A DNA stretch of 64,000 bases, from the NCBI GenBank assembly GCA_031414775.1, contig JANOQI010000026.1:1-64000 (forward strand), written 5' to 3'. This DNA comes from Synechococcales cyanobacterium VAR_4_metabat_354. Its GTDB lineage: Bacteria; Cyanobacteriota; Cyanobacteriia; Cyanobacteriales; Chamaesiphonaceae. Shown piece by piece: positions 10,200 through 22,862 of the stretch (the stretch's first letter is position 1; every line of letters begins with the position of its first letter). A program made the translations under genes and the position numbers. The notes under the pieces were generated by a model. That model did not search any database. It saw only the letters and a list, made by a program, of their open reading frames with translations, and was not told the origin of the DNA.

Positions 10200-11525
10200 A
10201 TGTCTAAAATTCAACTTGGATTGCTCAGCTTATTTTCGGTCATCATGTTGGGTGCGATCGATACAAATAAAGCCGTCGCTAATGAGCAAATACCCCGTAC
10301 TAACTCACCGGCAACATCACTGGATTCTGCTTTGGATCAACCGCAGGAACTGGCAGTGGAGAAAAGTACTGCCGATTTTTATGCTCAGGCTCCGGCTCCA
10401 GCTTCACCAGAGGAGAAAAAGCCAGAGGAAAAAAAAGGTATTGACGCATTTTCATCTACGACTAAGCTGACTGGCCAAGTAATTTTCGGGGTGAATTCTG
10501 GTCTATCAGGAAACAGTTTTAGCAATACTCCTATTTTTGGCCAGCGCACCCGATTGGAGCTAGCCACGGCCATTGGTAATGGGACACTTACCACCCGCTT
10601 ACAATCCAGCGGTTTAGGTCTAGTCAATGATAATGCCAGCAATTTGGTTAACACACCGGAAGGTACAGCTTCTTTTGCCGATGGTACTACTGACAATGCT
10701 GTCACAATCGATCTACTGAAGTATGATGTGCCACTTGGTCCTAATACTCAACTAACAGTGGCAGCTAATGCTGCTGGTGCTGATGACTTCACTGATTCGA
10801 TTAATCCGCTGCTTGATGGGGATGGTGCGAGCGGTTCGATCTCGCGTTTTGGTGGTCGTCCGGCAATTTATTATTTGGTCTCGGGAACGGGTGTTGGGAT
10901 CCGTCAGAAACTTAGTCCTACTCTAGAAGGTAGTATTGGGTATTTAGCTTCTGCTGCCAATGATCCAACTGCTGGCTTAGCCGGTGGTGGCTATGGAGCA
11001 ATCGCACAGCTTACTTATCTTCCTAGTGAAAATACCAAGTTAGGCTTGACTTACGTTAATGCCTTCACCCCAACCGCTGCGGTTGGTAGTACCAATTCAG
11101 TTTTTGGGATTGGTAGCACAAATGCTAGTGATTTAACTGGCAACAACAATATGTTTGGCCTGCAAGTCTCCACTAAACTTAATCCCAACCTGGCTTTAGG
11201 TGGCTGGGTCGGCTACAACAAAAATAGTTCAGGTGCAGACACTAAAGACGTGCTGACCTGGGCAGTGACAGCTGCTTTTCCCGATCTTGGTGCTCCTGGC
11301 AACTTAGGTGGGTTGATTGTGGGTCAAGAACCCCGCGTTACCGCAGCTACTGGCGCAGCAACGGCTGATACTGGTTCTTCGCTACACTTAGAAGGCTTTT
11401 ACCAAGTCAAGCTCAGCGATAGTATTAGTGTGACTCCTGGGTTAATCTATCTAACGGCACCCGATCAAAATAGTGCGAATGGTGGTGCTTTGATTGGTAC
11501 TGTTCGTACTACTTTTAGCTTCTAG
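10200..11525 (+). CDS. iron-uptake/OprB-type outer-membrane porin lacking an SLH domain
   Basis: Signal peptide, FSSTTKLTGQVIF, LHLEGFY, ISVTPGL, C-terminal RTTFSF. Confidence 0.88.
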   Translation: MSKIQLGLLSLFSVIMLGAIDTNKAVANEQIPRTNSPATSLDSALDQPQELAVEKSTADFYAQAPAPASPEEKKPEEKKGIDAFSSTTKLTGQVIFGVNSGLSGNSFSNTPIFGQRTRLELATAIGNGTLTTRLQSSGLGLVNDNASNLVNTPEGTASFADGTTDNAVTIDLLKYDVPLGPNTQLTVAANAAGADDFTDSINPLLDGDGASGSISRFGGRPAIYYLVSGTGVGIRQKLSPTLEGSIGYLASAANDPTAGLAGGGYGAIAQLTYLPSENTKLGLTYVNAFTPTAAVGSTNSVFGIGSTNASDLTGNNNMFGLQVSTKLNPNLALGGWVGYNKNSSGADTKDVLTWAVTAAFPDLGAPGNLGGLIVGQEPRVTAATGAATADTGSSLHLEGFYQVKLSDSISVTPGLIYLTAPDQNSANGGALIGTVRTTFSF

Positions 11526-11560
11526 TTTACTGTGTATCTTAATCAAATTTAACTTGTACG

Positions 11561-11599
11561 AAGATAGTCATAGTTGCTTATACGACTGTGACTATTTTT
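11561..11599 (+). terminator. intrinsic terminator after the porin
   Basis: AAGATAGTCATAGT...ACTGTGACTATTTTT hairpin. Confidence 0.6.
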
Positions 11600-11664
11600 G
11601 TATTCAGTATGGACAAAATTTTGATGGATTAAGAATTGAGCCTGATCGCAAGCTGAAACGTTAA

Positions 11665-12198
11665 TTATTCAAGGTGCTCAGAAGTAGTGCTGTTAGAAAC
11701 GACAAACGGCAAATGCGCACTGCTCAAGCCCTTGCTGATTTTTGGGTCACTACTATGGTTCAGAACAAATAGGGGATATGTGCGATCGCTACCCTCCGTA
11801 ATTAGATGTCGATAATAATTGGGCGTTACCCATTCGTAGTCATTGTCTAATATGACTTGGGTCTGCCGCCACCGAATCAATAAATCAGAAAAATGCTCAT
11901 CAGGGCGATGAATCATCACGATGATTTCGCCGCCTATTTTGATCTTCCACTCTGGATCACAGAGTAGATAAGCTAAATCACAGGGTAATAGGGCTGAGTT
12001 AGAGCTACGATTAATACTGGTAAACGGTTGTCGCACTTTGATGATCGGGAGCGGCAATGTAATTAGACTTTCTTTTGATCGACGGATACTCGGTACCATT
12101 TCGATGTAAGGACGATATTGCTGAAGCAAGGTGATCGCCAACTCATGGTTACTATATTCTGCTAGGTGTGACTCGTACACTTCTCGCTGACTAGTCAT
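11665..12198 (-). CDS. conserved cyanobacterial hypothetical protein downstream of pilC
   Basis: Translationally coupled to pilC; LPCDL..L.CDPEWKIK motif. Confidence 0.75.
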   Translation of the reverse strand: MTSQREVYESHLAEYSNHELAITLLQQYRPYIEMVPSIRRSKESLITLPLPIIKVRQPFTSINRSSNSALLPCDLAYLLCDPEWKIKIGGEIIVMIHRPDEHFSDLLIRWRQTQVILDNDYEWVTPNYYRHLITEGSDRTYPLFVLNHSSDPKISKGLSSAHLPFVVSNSTTSEHLE

Positions 12199-13424
12199 TA
12201 GCCTAACTTTTCAAATACTTTGAACATCGGTAGATACATTGATAGTAAGATCACCGCTACCATCCCAGCTAAGAACACCATCATAATTGGTTCTAAAACA
12301 CTGGTGAGAGCTTTCACGGCTTGCTCGACTTCATCTTCATAAAAATCAGCTACTTTCATCATCATGGAATCTAGTTCCCCGGTTTCTTCACCAATGCTAA
12401 TCATTTGAATTGCCAAAGGCGGGAAAACTTTTTCTCGTTGTAAAGCTAAACTGAGCATTCCCCCTTGCTGTACTTCTTGCTTAGACTTGTCGATCGCATT
12501 GGCAATTACCTGGTTGCCAGAAGTATCGCGCACAATGTCTAAAGAACTGAGAATTGGTACTCCAGAACGGGTTAAGGTGCCAAAAATCCGACAGAATCTG
12601 GCGACTGCTGTTTTTTCATTTAAGTCACCTAAAATGGGCATTTTTAGTAAAATGCGATCGATCGTCACCCGACCATTTTTGGTTTTGTAGTAGGTTCTAA
12701 AAGCAATCACGGTACCCACGATCACAATGACTGGAATAATAGCTCGCCAGCTAGTCAGAATATTACTGATATCCAACATAAATAAAGTCAAGCCTGGTAG
12801 TTCTGTACCTAAGCCCTTGAAAATATTAGCGAATACCGGAATGAGAAAAACAGTCATCCCTACAAAAACAATACAGGCCAGAATTCCCACCGCGATCGGG
12901 TAAGCCATAGCTCCCTTTACCTGGTTTTTGAGCCGTGCCATGTCTTCTAAAACTTTAGCCAAGCGATTTAAGACTTCATCTAGTACCCCACCTACTTCGC
13001 CAGCTTGCACCATACTGATATACAGGTTATCAAAACAGTCGGGATGTTTGCGCATCGCATCCGAAAGGTTTACCCCCTGCTGGACTTCTAAGCTAATCGC
13101 CTTGAGGGATTTTTTCATGCGGGGGTTAGTGCATTGTTCACCCAAAATGCTCAGGCAGCGCACCATGGCGACCCCCGCATTCACCATCGCTGCAAACTGT
13201 CGTGAAAAAATAGCCTTGTCTCGCACTGAGACTGGACTCATTGCTGCTTCAATATCTTGAATGCTAATTTTACTGAAATCAAAGCTTTTTTGTTGGTGAA
13301 TATTTTGCACAAACTGATATTTTTTACTCAGTTGTCTCCGGGCAACTTGAATAGTTGTAGCAGAGACTTTTTCTTGACGAGTGTTGCCCTGATTATCACG
13401 GACTTCAGCAATGAAAGTAGGCAT
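12198..13424 (-). CDS. pilC: type IV pilus inner-membrane platform protein
   Basis: Two T2SSF domains (FSRQFAAMVNAGV, GEVGGVLD, GEETGELD). Confidence 0.95.
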   Translation of the reverse strand: MPTFIAEVRDNQGNTRQEKVSATTIQVARRQLSKKYQFVQNIHQQKSFDFSKISIQDIEAAMSPVSVRDKAIFSRQFAAMVNAGVAMVRCLSILGEQCTNPRMKKSLKAISLEVQQGVNLSDAMRKHPDCFDNLYISMVQAGEVGGVLDEVLNRLAKVLEDMARLKNQVKGAMAYPIAVGILACIVFVGMTVFLIPVFANIFKGLGTELPGLTLFMLDISNILTSWRAIIPVIVIVGTVIAFRTYYKTKNGRVTIDRILLKMPILGDLNEKTAVARFCRIFGTLTRSGVPILSSLDIVRDTSGNQVIANAIDKSKQEVQQGGMLSLALQREKVFPPLAIQMISIGEETGELDSMMMKVADFYEDEVEQAVKALTSVLEPIMMVFLAGMVAVILLSMYLPMFKVFEKLG

Positions 13425-13464
13425 AGTAGTAATTATATTGGGGGAAGTACTATAGATGAAAATT

Positions 13465-14568
13465 TTAGTTGCGGCTATTAGCCATCATCGGTGTCGAGCC
13501 AACTAGTCGTTCTAGCTCGTCGGGCTTAGCCGCTCTAGTCATAGCGACTTCAAAACTAATTTTGCCCTCTCTAACGTATTTGGCTAACATCATTTCTAAG
13601 GTCTGCATTCCCAGCTTGGCACCGGTCTGAATCGAGCTGTACATCTGAGCCGTTTTGCCTTCTCGAATAAGATTGGCGATCGCGGGGGTAACTACCATAA
13701 TTTCTTGTACTAACATGCGACCGTATTCACCGGGTTTCGGATTTTTCTTCGGAGTTAGACACTGACTAAATACAGCAATCAAAGAGTTGGAAAGCTGTGC
13801 CCGGATCTGGGGTTGTTGTTCTGGTGGAAAAACATCCAGCATCCGATCGACAGTCTGAGCCGCCGAACTGGTGTGCAAAGTACCAAAAACTAAGTGGCCA
13901 GTTTCGGCAGCGGTAATAGCCAAACTGATGGTTTCTAAATCCCGCATTTCTCCGACTAAGATCACATCGGGATCTTCTCGTAAAGCAGCGCGCAGGGCAT
14001 TAGAAAAAGTCCTGGTATCTTCGCCCCGTTGACGTTGATGAATCAAACTCTTTTGATTGGGAAAAACATACTCGATCGGATCTTCGATCGTCAAAATATG
14101 TTCAGCGCGGGTGCGGTTAATCAGATCCACCATGGCGGCCATCGTAGTGGTTTTTCCCGAACCAGTAGGACCAGTGACCAACACTAAACCGCGTGGTCGT
14201 TTTGTAGTTTCCCGCACAATGTCGGGTAATCCTAGTTGTTCAAACTGCGGAATTTTAGAAGATAACGCCCGTAAACAGGCCGCGTAACAACCCCTTTCTT
14301 TATAGACATTCACCCGAAACCGGGCTAAACCTTTTACCCCATAAGAGCAATCTAATTCCCAATTCTGCTCTAACTCTTTCCGCTGGGTGTTGTTGAGCAT
14401 ACTAAAGATTAGCTTTTGACAATCTTGAGGTGCAAGCGGCTCATCGTTGATCGGAGCGAGTTTGCCACTGACTCGAAAGTAAACAGGAGAACCAGCCTGA
14501 ATATGCATGTCGGAGCCGCCCATTTCGACTAGCTGCTCCATTAAATCTTCAACTAATAAGTCACTCAT
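13465..14568 (-). CDS. pilT: type IV pilus retraction ATPase
   Basis: GPTGSGKTTT, LREDPDVILVGEMRD, AIANLIRE. Confidence 0.95.
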   Translation of the reverse strand: MSDLLVEDLMEQLVEMGGSDMHIQAGSPVYFRVSGKLAPINDEPLAPQDCQKLIFSMLNNTQRKELEQNWELDCSYGVKGLARFRVNVYKERGCYAACLRALSSKIPQFEQLGLPDIVRETTKRPRGLVLVTGPTGSGKTTTMAAMVDLINRTRAEHILTIEDPIEYVFPNQKSLIHQRQRGEDTRTFSNALRAALREDPDVILVGEMRDLETISLAITAAETGHLVFGTLHTSSAAQTVDRMLDVFPPEQQPQIRAQLSNSLIAVFSQCLTPKKNPKPGEYGRMLVQEIMVVTPAIANLIREGKTAQMYSSIQTGAKLGMQTLEMMLAKYVREGKISFEVAMTRAAKPDELERLVGSTPMMANSRN

Positions 14569-14621
14569 TTTAAGCTTGATCTCCTGTTTAAATGTGGCTA
14601 GCCAAATCTCAATTAATTTGG

Positions 14622-16628
14622 CTATATTTGGTTTTCAAAGCGAGGGGTCATGCAGTACGGGCAGTCTAGCCATTCTGGTCTTAGCTCGGCCTTACAACCA
14701 CGACAGACCAGTGTCGATCGCCGTTTAGCGCGGAGTTCAGATTCCAACCCAGAATCGGTAAATGTCACCCGCTCTACTTCCTCTAAGCTAGTGTGCCCTT
14801 CTTGTACCAGTTGTAAGCTATAGGCCAGCAGAGTTTTCATACCCTGCTGCACAGCAGTTTCTTTAATTAAAGTTGTGGGTGCTCGTTGGTTCACGAGGGT
14901 AGCGATTTCATCGGTAACTCTCATTACTTCGTAGACTCCTATTCGTCCTTTGTAGCCCACCCCATTACAGTTCCGACAGAGGGTGCCTTCCCGACGACAA
15001 TCTTCGATTGACTCCGGTAGTAAACTATTGGCTTTATAAAAAGTCACTACGCCTTCACTAGATACCGTCATGCCAAACCGTGCTAATTCTTCACGGGATG
15101 GATTGTAGGGAATCCGACAGGTACTACAAATGCGCCGTACTAAGCGTTGGGCTACCACCCCGACCAATGCTGCTGAGACCATGAATGGTTCTACCCCCAT
15201 TTCATCCAGACGGGCGATCGATCCAGCCGCATCGTTGGTGTGCAGGGTGGTCATGACCAAGTGACCGGTGAGGGCGGCTTCCATCGAAGTCTTGGCTGTC
15301 TCTTTATCGCGAGTTTCACCTACTAAGATGATGTCGGGATCTTGACGCATAAAAGCCCGTAAAATCGAAGGAAAGTCTACACCTTTATCTCTAATAACTT
15401 GGACTTGGTTGATTCCAGGCAGAGCGTATTCGATCGGATCTTCGGCAGTACTAATGTTTACCGCTGGATCGTTACGCTCAGCCAGCAGGGAATAGAGAGT
15501 TGTGGATTTACCCGAACCAGTGGGACCAGTGACTAAAATCAAACCAAAGGGCTTGGCTCCCATGCTCCGGACAGTTTCCAGTGTTTCCTCATCGCTGATC
15601 AACTTGTCTAAGCCCAACTGGGTCGTTGAGTTGTCCAAAATCCGCATACAGACTTTCTCGCCGTAGCGGCTAGGCAAAGTACTCATCCGAAAATCTACTT
15701 TGCGGCCTTCATAGGTTCTTCTAATGCGGCCATCTTGGGGTTTGCGGCGCTCTGAAATATCTAGTTCGGCAATAATTTTGAAGCGAGAAATTACTGCTGG
15801 AATAATGTGCTTGGGCATAATTGGGAAAGCTTGACGCAGCACTGAATCTTTGCGGAAACGTACCCGTAATCCTTCTTCTTGGGGTTCGATATGAATATCG
15901 GAGACCTTTTCGAGTAGCGCTTTGGCCAGAATTTGGTTCACTAATTTTACTACTGGCGCAGCTTCAGCACCTTCAATGTCAATGCCATCGTCAGCTTCTT
16001 CTATGACCGGTTGCAGATCGCCATAAGTGCCAAAATCAGCCAACATATTGTTGACATCCATTTTGCGCTCAGACTCATTGGCCTCATCTTGCTGCATCTT
16101 TTCATCTAGATACCGATCAAGTAGCAATTGATAGTCTTCGAGGGGAATTACTTGGGCGGCCCAGGAGATATTGTACTGACGTAAAATCTTGTCCAGATCA
16201 TTGCAAACGGCTAAGTCTCCGGGGTTCACCATCGCCAGGGTCAAAACTGGCGGATCGGTATCACTGACTTCTACTGGCAATACTCGCAGTTGGCGACAGC
16301 TATCGATCGAGACGTAGGTTGTAATTAAACTCCGCATCGTCGATTTGTTGATGTTGCTATTGCTGACATCCAGGCTGGGTAAACCATACACAACCTTGAG
16401 TTCAAAGAGCTGCTGCTTTTTGTACTGCTGGCGCAACTCAATCGGCAGTTCGCGGCCACTGAGTTCTTCTAAAACCTCCATCAGCGGTTTGTTAGCATTA
16501 CGGCTTTCGACCAATGCCTGTTTCATCTGCTCTACATTGACATAACCCGATTGAATGAGCTTATTGCCAAAGGGAGAAAAGTCATTGCGGGCGATCAGCG
16601 CACGTTTGGGGGTGAAAGATTGCGTCAT
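14622..16628 (-). CDS. pilB: type IV pilus assembly ATPase with cyanobacterial Cys-rich tail
   Basis: GPTGSGKSTT, RQDPDIILVGETRD, C-terminal CxxC..CxxC. Confidence 0.95.
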   Translation of the reverse strand: MTQSFTPKRALIARNDFSPFGNKLIQSGYVNVEQMKQALVESRNANKPLMEVLEELSGRELPIELRQQYKKQQLFELKVVYGLPSLDVSNSNINKSTMRSLITTYVSIDSCRQLRVLPVEVSDTDPPVLTLAMVNPGDLAVCNDLDKILRQYNISWAAQVIPLEDYQLLLDRYLDEKMQQDEANESERKMDVNNMLADFGTYGDLQPVIEEADDGIDIEGAEAAPVVKLVNQILAKALLEKVSDIHIEPQEEGLRVRFRKDSVLRQAFPIMPKHIIPAVISRFKIIAELDISERRKPQDGRIRRTYEGRKVDFRMSTLPSRYGEKVCMRILDNSTTQLGLDKLISDEETLETVRSMGAKPFGLILVTGPTGSGKSTTLYSLLAERNDPAVNISTAEDPIEYALPGINQVQVIRDKGVDFPSILRAFMRQDPDIILVGETRDKETAKTSMEAALTGHLVMTTLHTNDAAGSIARLDEMGVEPFMVSAALVGVVAQRLVRRICSTCRIPYNPSREELARFGMTVSSEGVVTFYKANSLLPESIEDCRREGTLCRNCNGVGYKGRIGVYEVMRVTDEIATLVNQRAPTTLIKETAVQQGMKTLLAYSLQLVQEGHTSLEEVERVTFTDSGLESELRAKRRSTLVCRGCKAELRPEWLDCPYCMTPRFENQI

Positions 16629-16935
16629 AGATGCTCAGAATAGTGTCTCTATGCTCATAGAATGCCCATGATTACTACCAAAACGATAAAGCTACTAACA
16701 AAATTTCGATAAATACCAGTAATAAAAAATTTTGGCTGTGCAAATGGTTCAAGAGCAACTGGAGTGGGTACAGTAAGAGCAGGGTAAATAATCTAAATCT
16801 AAAGCTGAAAATATTCTTGATATTGATAAAGCCCAGACCATTAGCGATTACCCCCATATCCAGTGATGCAAAAATGTTTTAAAGTGACATGTGAAATGCA
16901 ACTGCTAGCAATCTGTTAATTGGAATTGAGTGTTT

Positions 16936-17613
16936 ATGATGAGCGAAATTGAAAACCAACCAGACAATATGGCTATTGGCGAGGAAGCAACTTCTGCTCC
17001 AGAAAATAAGACCGGCGCCGATGATGTCCAAGAGCAGTCCGAAATAGCGATCGGCAATGAAGGTGCCGATGGAGTGGTAGTACCACCATCCGAGGTGGAT
17101 AGCTTAAGTGCACAAATTACGGAGTTAACCGAACAGCGGGATTCGGCTCAGCAACAATACATTCGCATTGCTGCTGATTTTGACAACTTCCGCAAACGTA
17201 ATGCTAAAGAAAAAGAAGAGCTGGAAATCCGGGTCAAATGCACAACCATTGGTGATTTGTTGGTGGTGGTAGATAATTTTGAGCGGGCACGTACCCAGAT
17301 CAAGCCCCAAAACGAGGGGGAATCAGCTATTCATAAAAGCTATCAGGGTCTCTATCGACAGTTGGTAGATGGCTTGAAAAAATCTGGTGTCTCACCAATG
17401 CGGCCAGAAGGTCAGATGTTTGATCCCAACCTACATGACGCGATCGCCCGCCAGCCTACTGACGAATATCCGGAAGGCACCGTGATCGAAGAACTGCAAC
17501 GCGGTTATTTCTTGGGTGACAAAATTCTGCGCCATGCGCTGGTGAAAGTGGCGATTCCGATCGAACAACTCACGACCAGTGATGCTGACAGCAGCGGCGA
17601 AGAAGCTGAATAG
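16936..17613 (+). CDS. grpE: nucleotide exchange factor GrpE
   Basis: [25 protein letters not shown]. Confidence 0.95.
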   Translation: MMSEIENQPDNMAIGEEATSAPENKTGADDVQEQSEIAIGNEGADGVVVPPSEVDSLSAQITELTEQRDSAQQQYIRIAADFDNFRKRNAKEKEELEIRVKCTTIGDLLVVVDNFERARTQIKPQNEGESAIHKSYQGLYRQLVDGLKKSGVSPMRPEGQMFDPNLHDAIARQPTDEYPEGTVIEELQRGYFLGDKILRHALVKVAIPIEQLTTSDADSSGEEAE

Positions 17614-17669
17614 CTCGTTGCCCCTTACTTCAGTTTCTTTATTATTTATTGTTTTGCTGCCCCAGTGTT

Positions 17670-19673
17670 ATGGCAAAAGTAATCGGCATTGATCTTGGTA
17701 CTACTAATAGCTGTTTGGCCATCTTAGAGGGTGGCCAAGCCTGCGTGATTTCCAATGGCGAAGGTGGTCGCACTACCCCCAGTATTGTTGGTTTTGCCAA
17801 AGATGGTGAACAGTTGATTGGTCAGTTGGCCAAACGGCAAGGAGTCACTAATGCTGAAAATACTGTCTACAGTATTAAGCGCTTTATTGGCAAACGCTGG
17901 CAGGATACTGACATTGAAAGGAGTCGGATGCCCTACACCTGCGTTAAAGGCCGCGACAATACGATCGATGTTCAAATTCGAGGCCGCAGTTACACACCGC
18001 AAGAAGTGTCGGCCATGATCTTACAAAAACTGAAACGCGATGCCCAAGATTTCCTCGGAGAAACAGTGCAACAGGCGGTAATTACTGTCCCAGCTTATTT
18101 CACCGATGCTCAACGGCAAGCTACGAAGGATGCTGGTACAATCGCTGGCTTAGAAGTTTTGCGGATCATTAACGAGCCAACAGCGGCGGCTTTGGCTTAC
18201 GGTCTCGACAAAATGCATCACCAGCAGTGCATTCTGGTGTTTGATTTAGGCGGAGGCACATTTGATGTCTCCATCTTGCAGCTGGGGGATGGAGTATTTG
18301 AGGTCAAAGCCACCTCTGGCAATAATAATTTAGGCGGAGACGACTTTGATAATGAAGTGGTGCGCTGGCTCCTCCAAAATTTTAAAGCTAAAGAAGGCAT
18401 CGATTTACTCAGAGATAAAATGGCTCTTCAGCGACTGCGAGAAGCAGCTGAAAAAGCTAAGATTGAGCTGTCCACCATGACCAATACCTCAATCAATCTG
18501 CCATTCTTGGCCGCTGATGCTAGTGGGCCGAAGCATTTAGAAGTGGAGTTGAGCCGGACGCAATTTGAAGACATGGTAAGACATCTGATCGAGGCCACCC
18601 TCGAACCATTAACCCGGGCGCTTAAAGATGCTGATATCGATATCAAAGAGATCGATCGAATTTTGCTAGTGGGTGGTTCCACCAGAATACCGGCTGTCCA
18701 AAAGGCTCTGCAAAAGTTTTTTGGTGGTAAAGAACTCGATAAATCAGTTAATCCCGATGAAGCGATCGCCATGGGAGCCGCTATCCAGGCTGGTATTGTC
18801 AGCGGAGACATTCAAGATGTGCTCCTACTGGATGTCACACCATTGTCGATGGGCATTGAAACCCTGGGCGAGATTTGCACAAAAATTATTGAACGTAATA
18901 CCACCATTCCGACCAGCCGCTCTCAGGAGTTCTCCACCGCTGTCGATGGTCAGACTTCGGTCGAAATCCATGTCTTGCAAGGTGAGCGGGCGATGGCTCG
19001 CGACAATAAAAGTTTGGGTAAGTTTTTGCTCCAAGGAATTCCACCCGCGCCACGTGGGGTACCTAAAATTGAAGTAGCTTTTGAAATTGATGTTAATGGC
19101 ATCTTAAAGGTATCTGCTCAAGATCGAGGGACTGGTCGCGAGCAAACTATTTCGATTACTAATACCGGCAGTTTAAATCCCCAAGATATTGAACGGATGC
19201 GCAAAGAAGCGGAATCGTTTGCTCAAGACGATTGGCGGCGGCTACAAATGGTCGAGCTGAATAACCAAGCCCAGGCCATGATGTACAGCTACGAAGTTAC
19301 CCTGCGGGACAATGGCCACCTAATTAGTGAAAATATGCGCGAAGCTGTGGAAGCGGCGGCTACCGCATTACAGATGACCTTACTCGAACCAGCGGCTGAC
19401 CTGGAAAATATTCAGCAGTTGCTCGATCGCTTCCAGCAAAAAATCTTGGCATTAGGAGCAGCCGTTTATCAGCGCGCTGATGGCAATATGGTGCCTGATC
19501 TGCCCTCTGAGCCATCACCCAGAGCAACAGGCTCTCCACCAAAATCGCCACCACCGCCACCACCGCCTAGTCACATTAACGGTACTGGTGCTGGCCATCG
19601 CAAGGTCATTTCGAGTACCTTAACATTTGAAGATGACGAGACCGCAACGACGGACTATGAAGTTGTAGAATAG
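17670..19673 (+). CDS. dnaK: DnaK chaperone
   Basis: [27 protein letters not shown]. Confidence 0.97.
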   Translation: MAKVIGIDLGTTNSCLAILEGGQACVISNGEGGRTTPSIVGFAKDGEQLIGQLAKRQGVTNAENTVYSIKRFIGKRWQDTDIERSRMPYTCVKGRDNTIDVQIRGRSYTPQEVSAMILQKLKRDAQDFLGETVQQAVITVPAYFTDAQRQATKDAGTIAGLEVLRIINEPTAAALAYGLDKMHHQQCILVFDLGGGTFDVSILQLGDGVFEVKATSGNNNLGGDDFDNEVVRWLLQNFKAKEGIDLLRDKMALQRLREAAEKAKIELSTMTNTSINLPFLAADASGPKHLEVELSRTQFEDMVRHLIEATLEPLTRALKDADIDIKEIDRILLVGGSTRIPAVQKALQKFFGGKELDKSVNPDEAIAMGAAIQAGIVSGDIQDVLLLDVTPLSMGIETLGEICTKIIERNTTIPTSRSQEFSTAVDGQTSVEIHVLQGERAMARDNKSLGKFLLQGIPPAPRGVPKIEVAFEIDVNGILKVSAQDRGTGREQTISITNTGSLNPQDIERMRKEAESFAQDDWRRLQMVELNNQAQAMMYSYEVTLRDNGHLISENMREAVEAAATALQMTLLEPAADLENIQQLLDRFQQKILALGAAVYQRADGNMVPDLPSEPSPRATGSPPKSPPPPPPPSHINGTGAGHRKVISSTLTFEDDETATTDYEVVE

Positions 19674-19797
19674 TTTGGGTATCAGGCTTGTTCGGTTTCA
19701 CGCATCATCACTAAGCACTGGTTCATTTACAATATAGGCGGTGTCCTGCTGTGGATTGGCGGTACACTGCCCAACTGCCAACATCATCAAGTTATAG

Positions 19798-20934
<1,137 letters not shown>

Positions 20935-20943
20935 CTAGATTAA

Positions 20944-21186
20944 ATGACTAATTATTCTGATGTGCAACCTCATGTTCAACTAGATCTCCGTGGTACGCCC
21001 TGTCCTTTGAACTTTGTGCGTACCAAGCTGCGCTTAGAGCAAATGCCTCCCGGCCAGATTCTGGAAGTATGGCTGGATCTGGGCGAGCCGATCGAACAAG
21101 TCCCCAATAGTCTCCAGATGTCTGGCTATACCATTGCCCAGACCATTACTCATCCTGATTTCTGTGCACTGCAAGTGCAGTCTTAA
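20944..21186 (+). CDS. TusA/SirA sulfurtransferase family protein
   Basis: LDLRGTPCPLNFVRTKL. Confidence 0.88.
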   Translation: MTNYSDVQPHVQLDLRGTPCPLNFVRTKLRLEQMPPGQILEVWLDLGEPIEQVPNSLQMSGYTIAQTITHPDFCALQVQS

Positions 21187-22199
21187 TGCTGCCATCTGCT
21201 ATTGGCACAGTCATTGCCGTCCAGGCTAACTTTTACCAAGTGCAACTGCTTAATGGTCAGCAGCTGCTTTGTACTAAACGAGAAAAGCTTAAGAAAATTG
21301 GCACCAAAGTGATGGTGGGTGATGTGGTCACGGTCGCTGACTGGCAGAGTGAGCGCGGGGTGATCACCACAGTAGCCGAGCGGCGTAACGAATTGGATCG
21401 GCCACCAATCGCTAATGTAGATTGCATTATGTTGGTGTTTGCGCTGGCGGAACCAGCGATCGATCCTTTACTACTGAGCAAGTTTTTAGTAAAAGCTGAA
21501 TCGACAGATATCCCAGTACAACTCTGTTTGAATAAGTGTGATCTGCTATCGGTAGCCGAGCAAGAACAATGGATCGCCCGGCTAAGTGCGTGGGGATATC
21601 CACCTATTTTAATTAGCACCCTGACTAGTGCGGGGCTGTCGGCATTACAGGAGCAACTACGCGATCGAATGACAGTATTAGCTGGCCATTCGGGGGTGGG
21701 CAAGTCTAGCCTGATCAATCAATTGATTCCTGACTTAGATTTGCGGGTCGCAGCTGTGTCGGGCAAGCTAAATCGCGGCAGGCATACTACCCGCCATGTG
21801 GAGCTATTTAATCTACCGACTGGTGGTTTGATTGCTGATACACCGGGATTTAATCAGCCAGATTTGACTTGTTATCCCACCGACCTACCCACCTATTTTC
21901 CAGAGATTCGATCGCAACTACCGAGCAATTGCCAGTTTAACGACTGCGTTCATCAGGGTGAGCCGGGTTGTGTGATCGATCGAGAGTGGGAACGTTACCC
22001 GCATTACCTAGAATTTCTGGCGGAGGCGATCAAATATCAGCAGCAAGTTATTAACCAAAAACAGCCAGATGCCCAGTGGAAACAAAAGACTAATAAGCTA
22101 GAGCCATTACTAGCAGCCAAGCGCTACCGGCGCGTTTCGCGGCGCTCTCAAACCCAAGGCTTGCCAGATTTAACGGAGGATTCTACAGAAGATGATTGA
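21186..22199 (+). CDS. rsgA: ribosome small subunit-dependent GTPase
   Basis: NKCD, GHSGVGKSS, GRHTT, DTPGF, CQFNDCVH..EPGC. Confidence 0.95.
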   Translation: MLPSAIGTVIAVQANFYQVQLLNGQQLLCTKREKLKKIGTKVMVGDVVTVADWQSERGVITTVAERRNELDRPPIANVDCIMLVFALAEPAIDPLLLSKFLVKAESTDIPVQLCLNKCDLLSVAEQEQWIARLSAWGYPPILISTLTSAGLSALQEQLRDRMTVLAGHSGVGKSSLINQLIPDLDLRVAAVSGKLNRGRHTTRHVELFNLPTGGLIADTPGFNQPDLTCYPTDLPTYFPEIRSQLPSNCQFNDCVHQGEPGCVIDREWERYPHYLEFLAEAIKYQQQVINQKQPDAQWKQKTNKLEPLLAAKRYRRVSRRSQTQGLPDLTEDSTEDD

Positions 22200-22292
22200 A
22201 TTGTGACATCAATAGTCGCGCTGGGATCTCTATCATGCTCAAAAGCAAGAAGAGGAATCGATTCAGCAGATTCAAGTATTCAAAAAGGTTTC

Positions 22293-22862
22293 CTAAAAAC
22301 TGGCTTTTACTTGCATCCCATAAACGGTATTGCCTTGACCATCTTCGCGGATCAGGGGAAACAGAATTAGGCCATTCTTTTGACTCAGTTCTAGTTCACC
22401 GACTAGATAGCCTAAGCCCGCTCCAATTAATACTTCTGACCAACGGTGACGGTTGAGGCTGACTCGGGAATAGCTAATTAAAGCAGCTCCTGCATACCAG
22501 GCGATCGCCCAATCCGGGTGGTATTTACTCTGAATGCGGGCGGCGGAAAAAGTAGTCATGGCGTGACAGCTAGGGAAACTATCTAATTCTTTTTCGTTAT
22601 CAGGACGCGGCACACGGGTTACTTCCTTGAGTCCATAGCAGAGTGCGGCACTAGTAGCCACTGTGTCTAGCACCCGCAAGCTGTGTTGGCCACCTTTTTC
22701 ACCATCAGTAATCAGGGGTAATAAAGTGGCACCGCCCAGGTACACCGCCGTTCCAGGTCCAGAAATAAAGTTGTCGGCAGATTGAGCTGAGGCGCTGACG
22801 GTAAAGCTAGCGGTCGTAAGGAGGGAGACGGAACAGGCTAGAGCTGATTTTAACCAAGACAT
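22293..22862 (-). CDS. PAP2-family phosphatase
   Basis: K..RP, FPSCHA, SRV..RH motifs. Confidence 0.8.
   Translation of the reverse strand: MSWLKSALACSVSLLTTASFTVSASAQSADNFISGPGTAVYLGGATLLPLITDGEKGGQHSLRVLDTVATSAALCYGLKEVTRVPRPDNEKELDSFPSCHAMTTFSAARIQSKYHPDWAIAWYAGAALISYSRVSLNRHRWSEVLIGAGLGYLVGELELSQKNGLILFPLIREDGQGNTVYGMQVKASF

Noticed and set aside
14622..14700. Cys-rich PilB C-terminus as a novelty
   Set aside because: Known feature of cyanobacterial PilB1
16630..16935. CIRCE element upstream of grpE-dnaK-dnaJ
   Set aside because: No TTAGCACTC-N9-GAGTGCTAA found
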